Shown piece after piece: positions 10,059-19,182 of a stretch of DNA of 64,000 nucleotides; position 1 is the stretch's first letter, and every line of letters starts with the position of its first letter. The stretch is taken from NCBI GenBank assembly GCA_964414425.1, contig CAYPWL010000007.1, forward strand, positions 20,789 through 84,788, in the 5' to 3' direction. The position numbers and the translations under genes were made by a program. The notes beneath the pieces were generated by a model. It ran no database searches. It saw only the letters and a list, made by a program, of their open reading frames with translations, and had not been told where the DNA came from. The stretch comes from an uncultured Saprospiraceae bacterium. GTDB taxonomy: Bacteria; Bacteroidota; Bacteroidia; Chitinophagales; Saprospiraceae.

Positions 10059-10547
10059 ATGCCTGTAAAGATTAGATTGGCCCGTAGAGGTCGACGCAAA
10101 CAACCTTATTACCATATCATCGTTGCCGATGCTCGTGCACCAAGAGATGGTAAGTTTATCGAAAAAATCGGTAGCTATAATCCGATGACTAAGCCAGCAA
10201 CTATCGAACTCGATAGAGAGAAGGCGTTTGACTGGCTAAATAAAGGAGCTCAGCCTACTGATACCGCAAGAGCGATTTTGAGATTCAAAGGTGTAATGTA
10301 CAAGAAGCATCTCCAAAGAGGTGTAACTAAAGGTGCACTAACTCAGGAGCAAGCAGATGCCAAGTATCAAGAATTTGTAGATACTAAAGAAGCTAAAGTA
10401 GCTGAAAGATTCGAGGCTACAAGACTCGAGAAAGAAGCCTTCCACAAAATGGTCTTTGGTTCTCCTAAAAAGAAAGCGGTAGAGCATACTGCGGATGAAG
10501 GAGCACTTGCAGAGTTCCAAGAAGGAGCCTCTTCAGAAGAGGAATAA
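10059..10547 (+). CDS. rpsP: 30S ribosomal protein S16 with charged C-terminal extension
   Basis: [42 protein letters not shown] is canonical S16. An extra tail of about 70 aa, rich in Lys, Glu and Ala, follows. Confidence 0.93.
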   Translation: MPVKIRLARRGRRKQPYYHIIVADARAPRDGKFIEKIGSYNPMTKPATIELDREKAFDWLNKGAQPTDTARAILRFKGVMYKKHLQRGVTKGALTQEQADAKYQEFVDTKEAKVAERFEATRLEKEAFHKMVFGSPKKKAVEHTADEGALAEFQEGASSEEE

Positions 10548-10557
10548 AGAAGAATCT

Positions 10558-10593
10558 ATAGGACTGGCTGTATAGTCAGTCCTATTATTTATT
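10558..10593 (+). terminator. Probable intrinsic terminator after rpsP
   Basis: 12-bp stem ATAGGACTGGCT / AGTCAGTCCTAT (one G-U) with loop GTAT, followed by the T-rich TATTTATT. Confidence 0.45.
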
Positions 10594-10623
10594 GCATCTG
10601 TCCCAGGACTACAAAGAAACGTC

Positions 10624-12009
10624 ATGATCGATTTAGAGAAAAAATATATTGACAAGCTCAAGAGTATAGAGTCTGAAATACAGAACTCAGAATTATTAAC
10701 TCAATATTTAGATGAGGAGGACGAGCAATTCTATACTCAACTAAAAGAAGCTTTTGAACCTCAGATCGATGAACTTCACAATGAAGTTGCTCAGAATGAT
10801 CCACTACAACTGGTATCACTGGAGGAACATATCTGTGATCCGATGTTAGAAGGATTGTTCTTGCCACGTGTGTTGGGTTATGCTGTGCTTAGAGGAGCAC
10901 TCAATGATCAGTTTAAGTACATCAGACCGCAAGAGCACTTTAAGATGATCTTGCTGGCAATCTGTAATTCATCAAATTTTGAGTTGCTCAGCCAGAGAAT
11001 AGGACAAACGGTAGAAATTGGCTTCGCCTTATCGAGCGATATTTGGATCACTAATCTGATAGCTGAGATTTCTAATAAAAACGTGAAGACGTTCCTTCAT
11101 GATTTGAAACTTGTCAAGTACAGGGATATCAGAAGCCGCCATTTGGGCTATCAACGATATAGCAGACAGTTTATCAAATTCAATTACCTAACTGCTGAAA
11201 AACCAACATCTTCAGCACTATTGAAGATAGATATTCAGTCTATACTGAACTTCCTTAACTATAGAGCATCGCTTGGAAGTGATCCTGGCAAGAGTGTCTA
11301 TGACTATTTATCTGAAATCTTGTCTGATGCTTCATTAGGTAATCATGAAGAGCACCTTGAGGTGATTGTATTGATTGCATCATATTTTGATCTTGAAGAA
11401 AAAGAGAAAGCCCTCGCTGCTGAGCGTTTGAGCGCTTATGTCGATTTAGGTGAAGAGGAGGAAATGTTATTTGCGGCGGTCAAGAAAATGCAGACAGGAC
11501 AGTTGGGCTTAAAAGAGGCTGACTATAGACGTTTAGGAGAAATTGTAGGTCGTACAAGCTCGACTGAACTCAAAGATTTCTTAGGTTGCGTAACTCAGAT
11601 AGATGGTATAGGATATATCAATTCTGAGGCGATAGAAATCACTCGTAATTATTATAATAAGAACAAGGGCCTCTCCAAGCAGAATCAATGCATGAGGAAT
11701 AATATAGGCTATAAGTTTAAGAGATTTATTGCTGCGTTAAGTCCTCAGGATTTTCAAGAATATTTTGAACTCAACAAGACCTTTACGGTCTACATGAATA
11801 TCTTCTCTAATGAGAAGTTTAATCAAGGAATCAAGGAGATCTGCATGAAGTATGTCCGTACACTTTTACGGACTTATACCGAAAAGCGTAGTAAGGATTA
11901 TCAAGACATCAAGAAATTTGTTCAAGCAACATTTGTGAATCTTGGTTTTCTTAATGAGAAGCAAATCAAGGAGCTTTTCAAAACAAAAAGAGTAAAGGCT
12001 GCTAGATAG
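10624..12009 (+). CDS. Hypothetical protein, predicted all-alpha, no recognisable family
   Basis: Clean 461-aa ORF with no competing frame. Acidic coiled-coil-like N-terminus and basic C-terminal tail. I recognise no motif. Confidence 0.5.
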   Translation: MIDLEKKYIDKLKSIESEIQNSELLTQYLDEEDEQFYTQLKEAFEPQIDELHNEVAQNDPLQLVSLEEHICDPMLEGLFLPRVLGYAVLRGALNDQFKYIRPQEHFKMILLAICNSSNFELLSQRIGQTVEIGFALSSDIWITNLIAEISNKNVKTFLHDLKLVKYRDIRSRHLGYQRYSRQFIKFNYLTAEKPTSSALLKIDIQSILNFLNYRASLGSDPGKSVYDYLSEILSDASLGNHEEHLEVIVLIASYFDLEEKEKALAAERLSAYVDLGEEEEMLFAAVKKMQTGQLGLKEADYRRLGEIVGRTSSTELKDFLGCVTQIDGIGYINSEAIEITRNYYNKNKGLSKQNQCMRNNIGYKFKRFIAALSPQDFQEYFELNKTFTVYMNIFSNEKFNQGIKEICMKYVRTLLRTYTEKRSKDYQDIKKFVQATFVNLGFLNEKQIKELFKTKRVKAAR

Positions 12010-12113
12010 CCCTTTTAGTCAGCGGACTAAAGGTCTTAGTCTAAATTGTTAAGACTACTTCAGTTATCTATACGTACTTGTGGATATAAATTATTCATAA
12101 GATATTCATTGTT

Positions 12114-12836
12114 GTGACTCGAGGACTCTACCACTATACTAAGTCATTCGCCTATATCAGAGCTATTAGGGGCATGCGCTATTTCTTTTATTCAGGGATG
12201 ATAGGATTAACGCTCTTTGCTATCATGTTTTTGATTGTTAAGTATACGTATAATGCCGTTTCAGATTTTGCACTGAGTATATTTTCAATAGAGAATAGTA
12301 TAGTGAATACCATTGCCGACTTCTTATCGGGAGCGTTACTTTCATTGTTCTTTCTGATCATCTTCAAGCATCTCATTCTAATTTTTACCGCTCCATTAAT
12401 GAGCCGACTGTCTAAAGAAATAGAGTCTCACTATTGTAATGCCAATCATGCAGAGGGTAATATACTCACAGATCTCTTGAGGGGGATACGTATTGCATTG
12501 CGTAATATTCTGCGCGAATTACTCTTAACTGCGCTTGTACTACTCCTTGCGTTAATCCCGGTATTTGGTTGGATTAGCTCTCCATTTTTACTATTGATTC
12601 AAGGATATTATGCGGGATTTGGAAATTATGATCTATGGGCAGAACGCCACTTTACCTACAAGGGCACAGTAGATTATATGAAGGACCACAAACTTATGCT
12701 GACCGTTAATGGGAGTGTTTTTCTATTATTATTAGCAATACCCATTTTAGGTCCGATCATTGCGCCACCACTGGCGACAGCAGCGGCTACTATGCACGCT
12801 ATGGAGCTTAGGATGCCTGAGTTGGATACGGTGTAG
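12114..12836 (+). CDS. EI24/CysZ-like integral membrane protein
   Basis: Helix pattern and blocks APLMSRLSKEIE, LLLALIPVFGW, NYDLWAERH and PPLATAAATMHA parallel CysZ/EI24 proteins. GTG start. The alternative ATG is at 12174. Confidence 0.65.
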   Translation: MTRGLYHYTKSFAYIRAIRGMRYFFYSGMIGLTLFAIMFLIVKYTYNAVSDFALSIFSIENSIVNTIADFLSGALLSLFFLIIFKHLILIFTAPLMSRLSKEIESHYCNANHAEGNILTDLLRGIRIALRNILRELLLTALVLLLALIPVFGWISSPFLLLIQGYYAGFGNYDLWAERHFTYKGTVDYMKDHKLMLTVNGSVFLLLLAIPILGPIIAPPLATAAATMHAMELRMPELDTV

Positions 12837-12843
12837 GATATGG

Positions 12844-13551
12844 CTATACAATGGTTGTGATCATGTATCCAACTCCTCTGATCGTCTTTAGGTCTATTTC
12901 TTTTTGAGGGTCTTTCTGGATAAACTTCCTGAGGTTGGAGACGTAATTATCGATGGTTCTCGGATTACTGTTATGATCTACTCCCCACAGATGTATGATT
13001 AAGTCTTCTCTCCGTACGGCGGTGTTTTTATGAGTCAGCAAGTAGTCCAATAATTCTGCTTCCTTAACACTCAAGTATAAGATTTCTCCATCTAACTCTA
13101 ATGTATAGTTATGCTTGTTGTATTGAATAGAGCCCATTGATATACTTTGAGCGACTTCGACAGTGCTGCTGCGAGTCTGATACAGCTTTATCAGCTTGTT
13201 AACCTTGAGGAGGAGTTCCTCGAGATTAAATGGTTTAGGTATGTAGTCGTCAGCACCAGACTTGAGTCCTTTAATTCTATCAGATGATTGCCCTAAGGCG
13301 CTCATCATGAGAATTGGCATGTTAGGGTGTTTATCTTTCAATCGCTGACACAGCTCAATGCCACTGGTGTCTGGAAGCATCACATCAAGCAGAACGAGTG
13401 TAGGCTTTTGTCTGATCACTTGACTCCACCCCGCAGATGCAGTTTCTGCTGTGTATGTTTCATATGACTCTAACTGCAGATTTACTTCGAGCAAATGTGC
13501 TATATGAGGTTCATCTTCTACTATGAGTATATATGGATCATCCATTGGCAC
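12844..13551 (-). CDS. OmpR/PhoB-type response regulator
   Basis: Receiver domain (ILIVEDEP, LLDVMLPD, DDYIPKPF) plus winged-helix output (PRTIDNYVSNLRKFI, IRGVGY). Its start overlaps the kinase gene end by 14 nt. Confidence 0.9.
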   Translation of the reverse strand: MPMDDPYILIVEDEPHIAHLLEVNLQLESYETYTAETASAGWSQVIRQKPTLVLLDVMLPDTSGIELCQRLKDKHPNMPILMMSALGQSSDRIKGLKSGADDYIPKPFNLEELLLKVNKLIKLYQTRSSTVEVAQSISMGSIQYNKHNYTLELDGEILYLSVKEAELLDYLLTHKNTAVRREDLIIHLWGVDHNSNPRTIDNYVSNLRKFIQKDPQKEIDLKTIRGVGYMITTIV

Positions 13552-14479
13552 CAGATGGGATCGTGATATTAACTATGGTGCCACTCGGTTGATTATCCTT
13601 GATTGCTAAGGTGCCTTTCAACTCTGCCACGAGTCGCTTCACGATATACAGTCCTAATCCCGTTCCTTTTTGTGTACGCACATCTTGATCACTACTCCTG
13701 TAGAATCGCTCTAAGACTTTAGATTTTTCATTGTCAGAGATGCCTATTCCAAGATCAGATATTGATAATTGAAGCACACCATCTCTGTCGGTAACCTTTA
13801 CTGCTACAGGAGTATCTGCTTTGCTATACTTAGTTGCATTTTCTAATAGATTGTCAAGTATGATTCTGATTGCTGATTGATCAGTCTTATGAGTAGGTTG
13901 AGGTAAGTCTACACTCATCTCAAAAGTCCTATCAGAGAGTTGTCCATATTCTGAAATGATATTTTGGACCAGAGATTTAATATCAACATCCTCATTGAAT
14001 ATTTTAAATCTATCGTTATCAAAATTTGCAGAGATTAAGACATTTTCTACCATGCGCTCGAGTCTGTCCGTATCCAGTACTGCTCGATCCATGAGCAGCT
14101 TCTTCTGATTTTCTTTGAGGCCAGGCCTCAGTAGGGTTTGTATGGCTAATTTGATAGCCGCTATGGGGGATTTAAGCTCATGGGATATACTCAGCAAGAA
14201 GTTGTTCTGACTATTTATGTTTTGGATTTCTTTGGATACGCTGCGATATATCAAGCCTATACCTAATAGCACAGAGATGGCTAATACTACACCCTCGCCA
14301 ATAATCATATTAGACTGACGTTTATGCTCGTCCTCGATGAGTGCTAATTGCTCTGTATTAGCGGTGTTGGAGCGCATAGCAGAATAATAATCATTGTTCT
14401 TCTTGAAGAGTAAATACCCCCACCAGCTAATCGCTACGAGGATGTAAGTCATGATCAGTATGGGTATCCAGCGCTTCAT
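13538..14479 (-). CDS. Membrane sensor histidine kinase
   Basis: Two N-terminal TM helices. H-box SHELKSPIAAI, N-box LLENATKYS, G1 DLGIGI and G2 GTGLGLYIV. Confidence 0.9.
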   Translation of the reverse strand: MKRWIPILIMTYILVAISWWGYLLFKKNNDYYSAMRSNTANTEQLALIEDEHKRQSNMIIGEGVVLAISVLLGIGLIYRSVSKEIQNINSQNNFLLSISHELKSPIAAIKLAIQTLLRPGLKENQKKLLMDRAVLDTDRLERMVENVLISANFDNDRFKIFNEDVDIKSLVQNIISEYGQLSDRTFEMSVDLPQPTHKTDQSAIRIILDNLLENATKYSKADTPVAVKVTDRDGVLQLSISDLGIGISDNEKSKVLERFYRSSDQDVRTQKGTGLGLYIVKRLVAELKGTLAIKDNQPSGTIVNITIPSGANG

Positions 14480-14487
14480 GATAATAT

Positions 14488-15780
14488 CTACGACATGATT
14501 TGGTCTAATCCCGCCTTCATGATCTCTATTGCATAATCTAAGTCGGCATAACTGTGTGCATCTGAAACAAAGCCCACTTCATAACCAGAAGGGCCCAAGT
14601 AGATTCCATGATCAAGGAGATAGGCATGTAGTTTTTTAAAATACTCCATCTTACCGGCTTCAATCTGATCTGACGATATGATTCTCTTATTCGAGAATGC
14701 GATCCAGAAGATAGATCCTATATGGGTCATATGTACCTCGTAGCCTTTGTTATGAGCATGATCATTAATCTGTGATGTAAGATATGCCGCCTTCTTACCT
14801 AATTCCTCGTAGAAGCCATCGGTAAGACATTTGGATAAGCTTGCATATCCAGCCGACATGGCAACAGGATTAGCGCTCAAAGTACCTGCCTGATAGACAG
14901 GGCCCTCGGGAGATACTGAAGCCATAATATCAGCTCGTCCACCGAACGCCCCTACGGGCAAACCTCCTCCGATGATCTTACCAAATGTCAATAGATCGGG
15001 TTCTATTGAGTAGTATCCCGCAGCCCCTTCAAATTGTACTCTGAAGCCTGATATGACCTCATCGAATATCAATAGGACATCATAGTCATCACAAAGTTTA
15101 CGCAACCATACCAAATAGTTCTGGTCTTGTAGTAGCAGACCGTTATTAGCGGGTATAGGCTCTATAATTACACATGATATATCTGTTGAGTGGGACTTAA
15201 GCGTGTGCTCCAATCCTTTTAAATCATTGAGATCCAATACGATAGTCTCCTGGGCAAATGATTGCGGGATGCCAGCAGATGAGGACTCTCCAAAGGTGGC
15301 TAAGCCGGATCCAGCATTAACGAGTAGAGAATCAACATGTCCGTGATAGCATCCATTGAACTTTATGATCTTGTCTTTTCCTGTGTAGCCTCGAGCTAAG
15401 CGAATGGCAGACATAACAGCTTCCGTACCACTGCTTACGAACCTAAGCTTATCGATATATCGATGATTATCAACGATTAGCTTACCGAGCTCATTACCAT
15501 GTCTCGTAGGTGTCCCAAATGACATTCCATTTGAAAGTGTCGAGATTACCGCATCTTTAATAAATGGTGCATTGTGACCATGAATGAGAGGTCCCCATGA
15601 GCAGCAGAAATCTAAGAACTCGTTATCGTCCTCATCATAGAATTTGGATCCGTTACCGTTTTTGATAAATAATGGTGGACCATAGACAGACTTGAACGCC
15701 CGAACTGGAGAATTTACACCGCCTGGAAAGTACTTCTTCGCCTCATGAAAGAGTGCTTCAGATTTTGCTCTATTGATCAT
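14488..15780 (-). CDS. hemL: Glutamate-1-semialdehyde 2,1-aminomutase
   Basis: FPGGVNSPVRAF, FDEVISGFR and GKIIGGGLPVGAFGG (PLP lysine). I place the start at MINRAKSE (15780). The 20 extra upstream codons in the ORF track look non-native. Confidence 0.93.
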   Translation of the reverse strand: MINRAKSEALFHEAKKYFPGGVNSPVRAFKSVYGPPLFIKNGNGSKFYDEDDNEFLDFCCSWGPLIHGHNAPFIKDAVISTLSNGMSFGTPTRHGNELGKLIVDNHRYIDKLRFVSSGTEAVMSAIRLARGYTGKDKIIKFNGCYHGHVDSLLVNAGSGLATFGESSSAGIPQSFAQETIVLDLNDLKGLEHTLKSHSTDISCVIIEPIPANNGLLLQDQNYLVWLRKLCDDYDVLLIFDEVISGFRVQFEGAAGYYSIEPDLLTFGKIIGGGLPVGAFGGRADIMASVSPEGPVYQAGTLSANPVAMSAGYASLSKCLTDGFYEELGKKAAYLTSQINDHAHNKGYEVHMTHIGSIFWIAFSNKRIISSDQIEAGKMEYFKKLHAYLLDHGIYLGPSGYEVGFVSDAHSYADLDYAIEIMKAGLDQIMS

Positions 15781-15910
15781 ATATTTTGTCTTAATCTTAT
15801 AAGCGCTGACTACAAATATCAATACAAAAACTAACTTCAAGTGTTTTTAATGGCCTAAGGATTATTTATATCGTTAACACTTAGTGCAGCCTAGTAAATC
15901 TTCTTTCTGA

Positions 15911-16507
15911 ATGACCGATAGCCGGGAGATAAATTATAACAATAAAGAGAATCCCAAGGATTCGCATTATTTACCTTCAGTGAAGCTCAATGCTGTCCAA
16001 CGGCAAGGTATGATTGATGAAGTGATTTTCAGAAAACCTGAAGTTCAGTCTCAATCTGGAAAACGTAGCTATAGAGAAGTGTTGATATTTATGGCTATAA
16101 TAGCAGCGGTGGTCGTGATACTGTTTGTCGTAAATCGTTTAACCTCTCCTAAAGAGGATGATCTCGTTAAATCTGAGGATGGTGTTCAGGAGACTATTGA
16201 AACAGACGCTGCATTAATTGATTCCACAATTAGCAACATTAATCCCGTACTGACTCAGGAGGCAATTAATAATGGATGTATCATCATCACTGGAACATTT
16301 AGCAAACAAGGTAATGCTAACACTATGCTCGATGATATAAGGTCAGCGGGTTATTCCTCGTACCAATCAAGTCTTGAGCCACCTATACGGGTAGGATTGC
16401 AGTTTGACTGTATTAATGTAGATCTTGACTCGATGCTTCTATCTGTTAGACAGAGTCTGTCAGATAAAGCGTGGTACCTCATATCTCAGTATGAGACAGA
16501 GCTATAA
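15911..16507 (+). CDS. Membrane-anchored protein with a possible C-terminal SPOR-like domain
   Basis: A single TM helix (VLIFMAIIAAVVVILFVV) and a C-terminal segment of about 75 aa (IIITGTFSKQGNANTMLDDIRSAGY...RVGLQFD) that resembles SPOR repeats. Weak call. Confidence 0.4.
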   Translation: MTDSREINYNNKENPKDSHYLPSVKLNAVQRQGMIDEVIFRKPEVQSQSGKRSYREVLIFMAIIAAVVVILFVVNRLTSPKEDDLVKSEDGVQETIETDAALIDSTISNINPVLTQEAINNGCIIITGTFSKQGNANTMLDDIRSAGYSSYQSSLEPPIRVGLQFDCINVDLDSMLLSVRQSLSDKAWYLISQYETEL

Positions 16508-16511
16508 TAAT

Positions 16512-17954
16512 CTAATTACAACCTAAGTCTGATTGTGATAAGGGATCATTGTTAGGAAAACAGTTACCTGAGAGCACCCTCGAAGTCATATATCGCTCCA
16601 AATCTGGATCTCGCAGAGATACCTTGATAAATGTGATCAAGTCATCTCGCTCTTCTTCTGTAAGACTTAGAGGCTTAAACTTACTTGATAGTGTTTCTGT
16701 AGCTACTCGATCGTTTTCAGATATTGCTGCAATCTTATAATCGATCACGTCTTCGATAGATTCCTTGCTACTTCCATGAAAGTAGTGCGGATCATCTACA
16801 GCATTATAAACTGTAGGCACTTTGAACTTATAATAGTCTTCTTCATTCATGGTGAAGCCGCCTCTCCCTAAATTTCTTCTGTCAGAAATACTGGTATTAA
16901 AAGAGGGTCTCTGATATAAATCCTTAACTCCTAAACGATGAAATTCTCCCGAACCGAGATTTTGCTCGTAGTGACAATTAGAACAGTTGGCTTTGCCAAA
17001 GAACAGTGTCGCACCACGTTTTTCGCTCAGTGACATTGCTTGAGAGTTTCCTTTCAGCCACTCTTGAAATGGTGCTTGATTACTCATTATTGTTCTCAGA
17101 TAAGCTGATAGGGCAAACGAAGTAGCGAAGTTAGAGTAACGCATTTCTTCGCTTAACTCAGGAAAGGCATTATCATACATCTCAGTATAGCCATATTCAT
17201 CCAAGAACTCTTTAGTAGTTACCATACGATGTACTTCGAGTCCATCGAAATTTTGGGTTTCCAGAGCGCTAAAACCAAGCGAGTTTCTTTCTATAGCTTC
17301 TGATTGGTGCCATAGGTTTTCTGTTCCGACGTTAGCACCGTCACTTCCGAATTGACCATTCCAACTGGTATTAGTCACAAAGGCAACGTTAACAAGACTA
17401 AGTGGCCTTGCGCTCTGAACGTCCATTTCGTCTTCTTGATAATTACTATCTCTTACTCTATTCTCACCGGCTACTCCAAATCCTAAACCACCATCTGCCA
17501 CTCCTTGGAAAGTTCCTGGCCTAAAACCCTTTGAAGGTACATGACAAGTACTACAAGAGAAGGTTCCTATACCGGAGGTATATCTGGCGTCTGTTGCTAA
17601 ACCTGTTTCATAAAAGAGCATATTTCCTAATGCTACTTTTTCAGGTGTTAGTGGATTTTGTGGATCTTGTGGTATCTGATTTAACTCATCTGATGAAGGT
17701 AAGATATAATAATCAGCAGAGCGAGTAGGAGACTCTCTATCAATCTGTCGAATTAGTGCTGCATCCAATACATCTTGCTCAGATATAGTATCTCGAGTAC
17801 AACTACTGATAAATAAGAGCAAACCAAAATAGACTCCTAACTTGATGGAATCGATCAATACTTTGTGAATCAAAATCTTATAGTTTATACAAATAATTAA
17901 AGTATAGGTTGATCTGTTTGTAGGAGTTTTTTTTTCTTTGACAAAGATATGCAT
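16512..17954 (-). CDS. Di-haem cytochrome c peroxidase (CCP/MauG family), probable lipoprotein
   Basis: Two haem-binding motifs, CSTCH and CSNCH, at the spacing typical of bacterial CCPs. LLLFISSC lipobox. The real start may be the TTG near 17858. Confidence 0.85.
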   Translation of the reverse strand: MHIFVKEKKTPTNRSTYTLIICINYKILIHKVLIDSIKLGVYFGLLLFISSCTRDTISEQDVLDAALIRQIDRESPTRSADYYILPSSDELNQIPQDPQNPLTPEKVALGNMLFYETGLATDARYTSGIGTFSCSTCHVPSKGFRPGTFQGVADGGLGFGVAGENRVRDSNYQEDEMDVQSARPLSLVNVAFVTNTSWNGQFGSDGANVGTENLWHQSEAIERNSLGFSALETQNFDGLEVHRMVTTKEFLDEYGYTEMYDNAFPELSEEMRYSNFATSFALSAYLRTIMSNQAPFQEWLKGNSQAMSLSEKRGATLFFGKANCSNCHYEQNLGSGEFHRLGVKDLYQRPSFNTSISDRRNLGRGGFTMNEEDYYKFKVPTVYNAVDDPHYFHGSSKESIEDVIDYKIAAISENDRVATETLSSKFKPLSLTEEERDDLITFIKVSLRDPDLERYMTSRVLSGNCFPNNDPLSQSDLGCN

Positions 17955-18045
17955 AGTGTTGGATAGTACTCCTTACTGCAACATTATTAAATCGTTAAAT
18001 AATAAACGATATAATTAGCCTAATTGTATCATAGATGACAAAAAA

Positions 18046-18972
18046 ATGAAAAAACCTACACTATTAGTTTTGGCTGCAGGAATGGGCAGTAGATACGGAG
18101 GGTTAAAACAAATGGATGCATTTGGACCAAATGGAGAAACCATATTAGATTACTCTATATATGATGCGATTAGAGAAGGTTTTGGAAAGGTGGTGTTCGT
18201 AATAAGAGAAAGCTTTAACAAAGAATTCAGGGCTTTCTTCGCCAACAAGTTCGAAGATAAGATCGACATAGAATATGTGTTTCAAAGCATTAACAATGTC
18301 CCAGATAATTATGCTTATCATCCAGACAGAGAAAAACCCTGGGGGACAGCTCATGCCGTATGGGTGGCTAAAGATGTAATTGATGGTCCTTTTGCAGTCA
18401 TTAATGCAGATGACTTTTATGGTCGCGATTCATACCGAATATTATACGATTACTTCGATGCCGCCGACAGTACTCATAATTATGCGTTAGTAGGCTACCA
18501 ATTAGAGAAGACCCTCTCTGATTATGGCACAGTGAATCGTGGAGTGTGTGCCACTCATGATGATCATACCCTTGACACCATAGTGGAGACACTTAAAATA
18601 GGGTATGACGATGATCGAAAGATTTTTTACAATACGGATAATGGCGAAAAAGCATATCTATCTGCGGATACACCGGTATCAATGAATATGTGGGCATTCT
18701 TTCCAGATTATTTCGAACATTGTGAAACTATGTTCAGAGAGTTTCTTCAAGACAGAGGCCAAGAGATGAAATCAGAATTTTTTATACCACTGTTAGTTGA
18801 TCATTTGATTAATGAGGGTATTAAGAAAGTTGATGTTCTTGAATGTACTGAAGAGTGGTTTGGAGTGACCTACAAGGAGGACAAGCCATTCGTGATGGAT
18901 CGCTTAAATGCGCTCATAGATAAGGGGGTATATCCGGCACAACTATGGCCTAAGAGGAAAGCAGCTAATTAG
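18046..18972 (+). CDS. Sugar-phosphate nucleotidyltransferase-family protein
   Basis: N-terminal LAAGMGSRYGGLKQMD (GxGxR nucleotide-binding loop) and NADDFYG motif. Specificity is unknown. Confidence 0.7.
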   Translation: MKKPTLLVLAAGMGSRYGGLKQMDAFGPNGETILDYSIYDAIREGFGKVVFVIRESFNKEFRAFFANKFEDKIDIEYVFQSINNVPDNYAYHPDREKPWGTAHAVWVAKDVIDGPFAVINADDFYGRDSYRILYDYFDAADSTHNYALVGYQLEKTLSDYGTVNRGVCATHDDHTLDTIVETLKIGYDDDRKIFYNTDNGEKAYLSADTPVSMNMWAFFPDYFEHCETMFREFLQDRGQEMKSEFFIPLLVDHLINEGIKKVDVLECTEEWFGVTYKEDKPFVMDRLNALIDKGVYPAQLWPKRKAAN

Positions 18973-18980
18973 AAATGAAT

Positions 18981-19011
18981 AAAAAAAAAGAAGCCTACTG
19001 AAGTAAGCTTC
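18981..19011 (-). terminator. Intrinsic terminator oriented for minus-strand transcription, with no annotated minus-strand gene upstream of it
   Basis: The minus strand reads GAAGCTTAC-TTCA-GTAGGCTTC followed by T9. The single non-Watson-Crick pair is U-G on the minus strand but C-A on the plus strand, so the hairpin is better on the minus strand. Confidence 0.55.
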
Positions 19012-19182
19012 CTAACCGAAAAGTATGAAAAAACTATCTAACTATCTTTGTAACACTTTTTAGACACATTCTGTTGGCTCAAAATATAGAGTTAACAGAA
19101 ATTTAATATTGAGATATAGATCAGTGTATACGCTAACCTCGAATGATATCAGGTTAGATTCAAATACTTTTAAACTAATACG

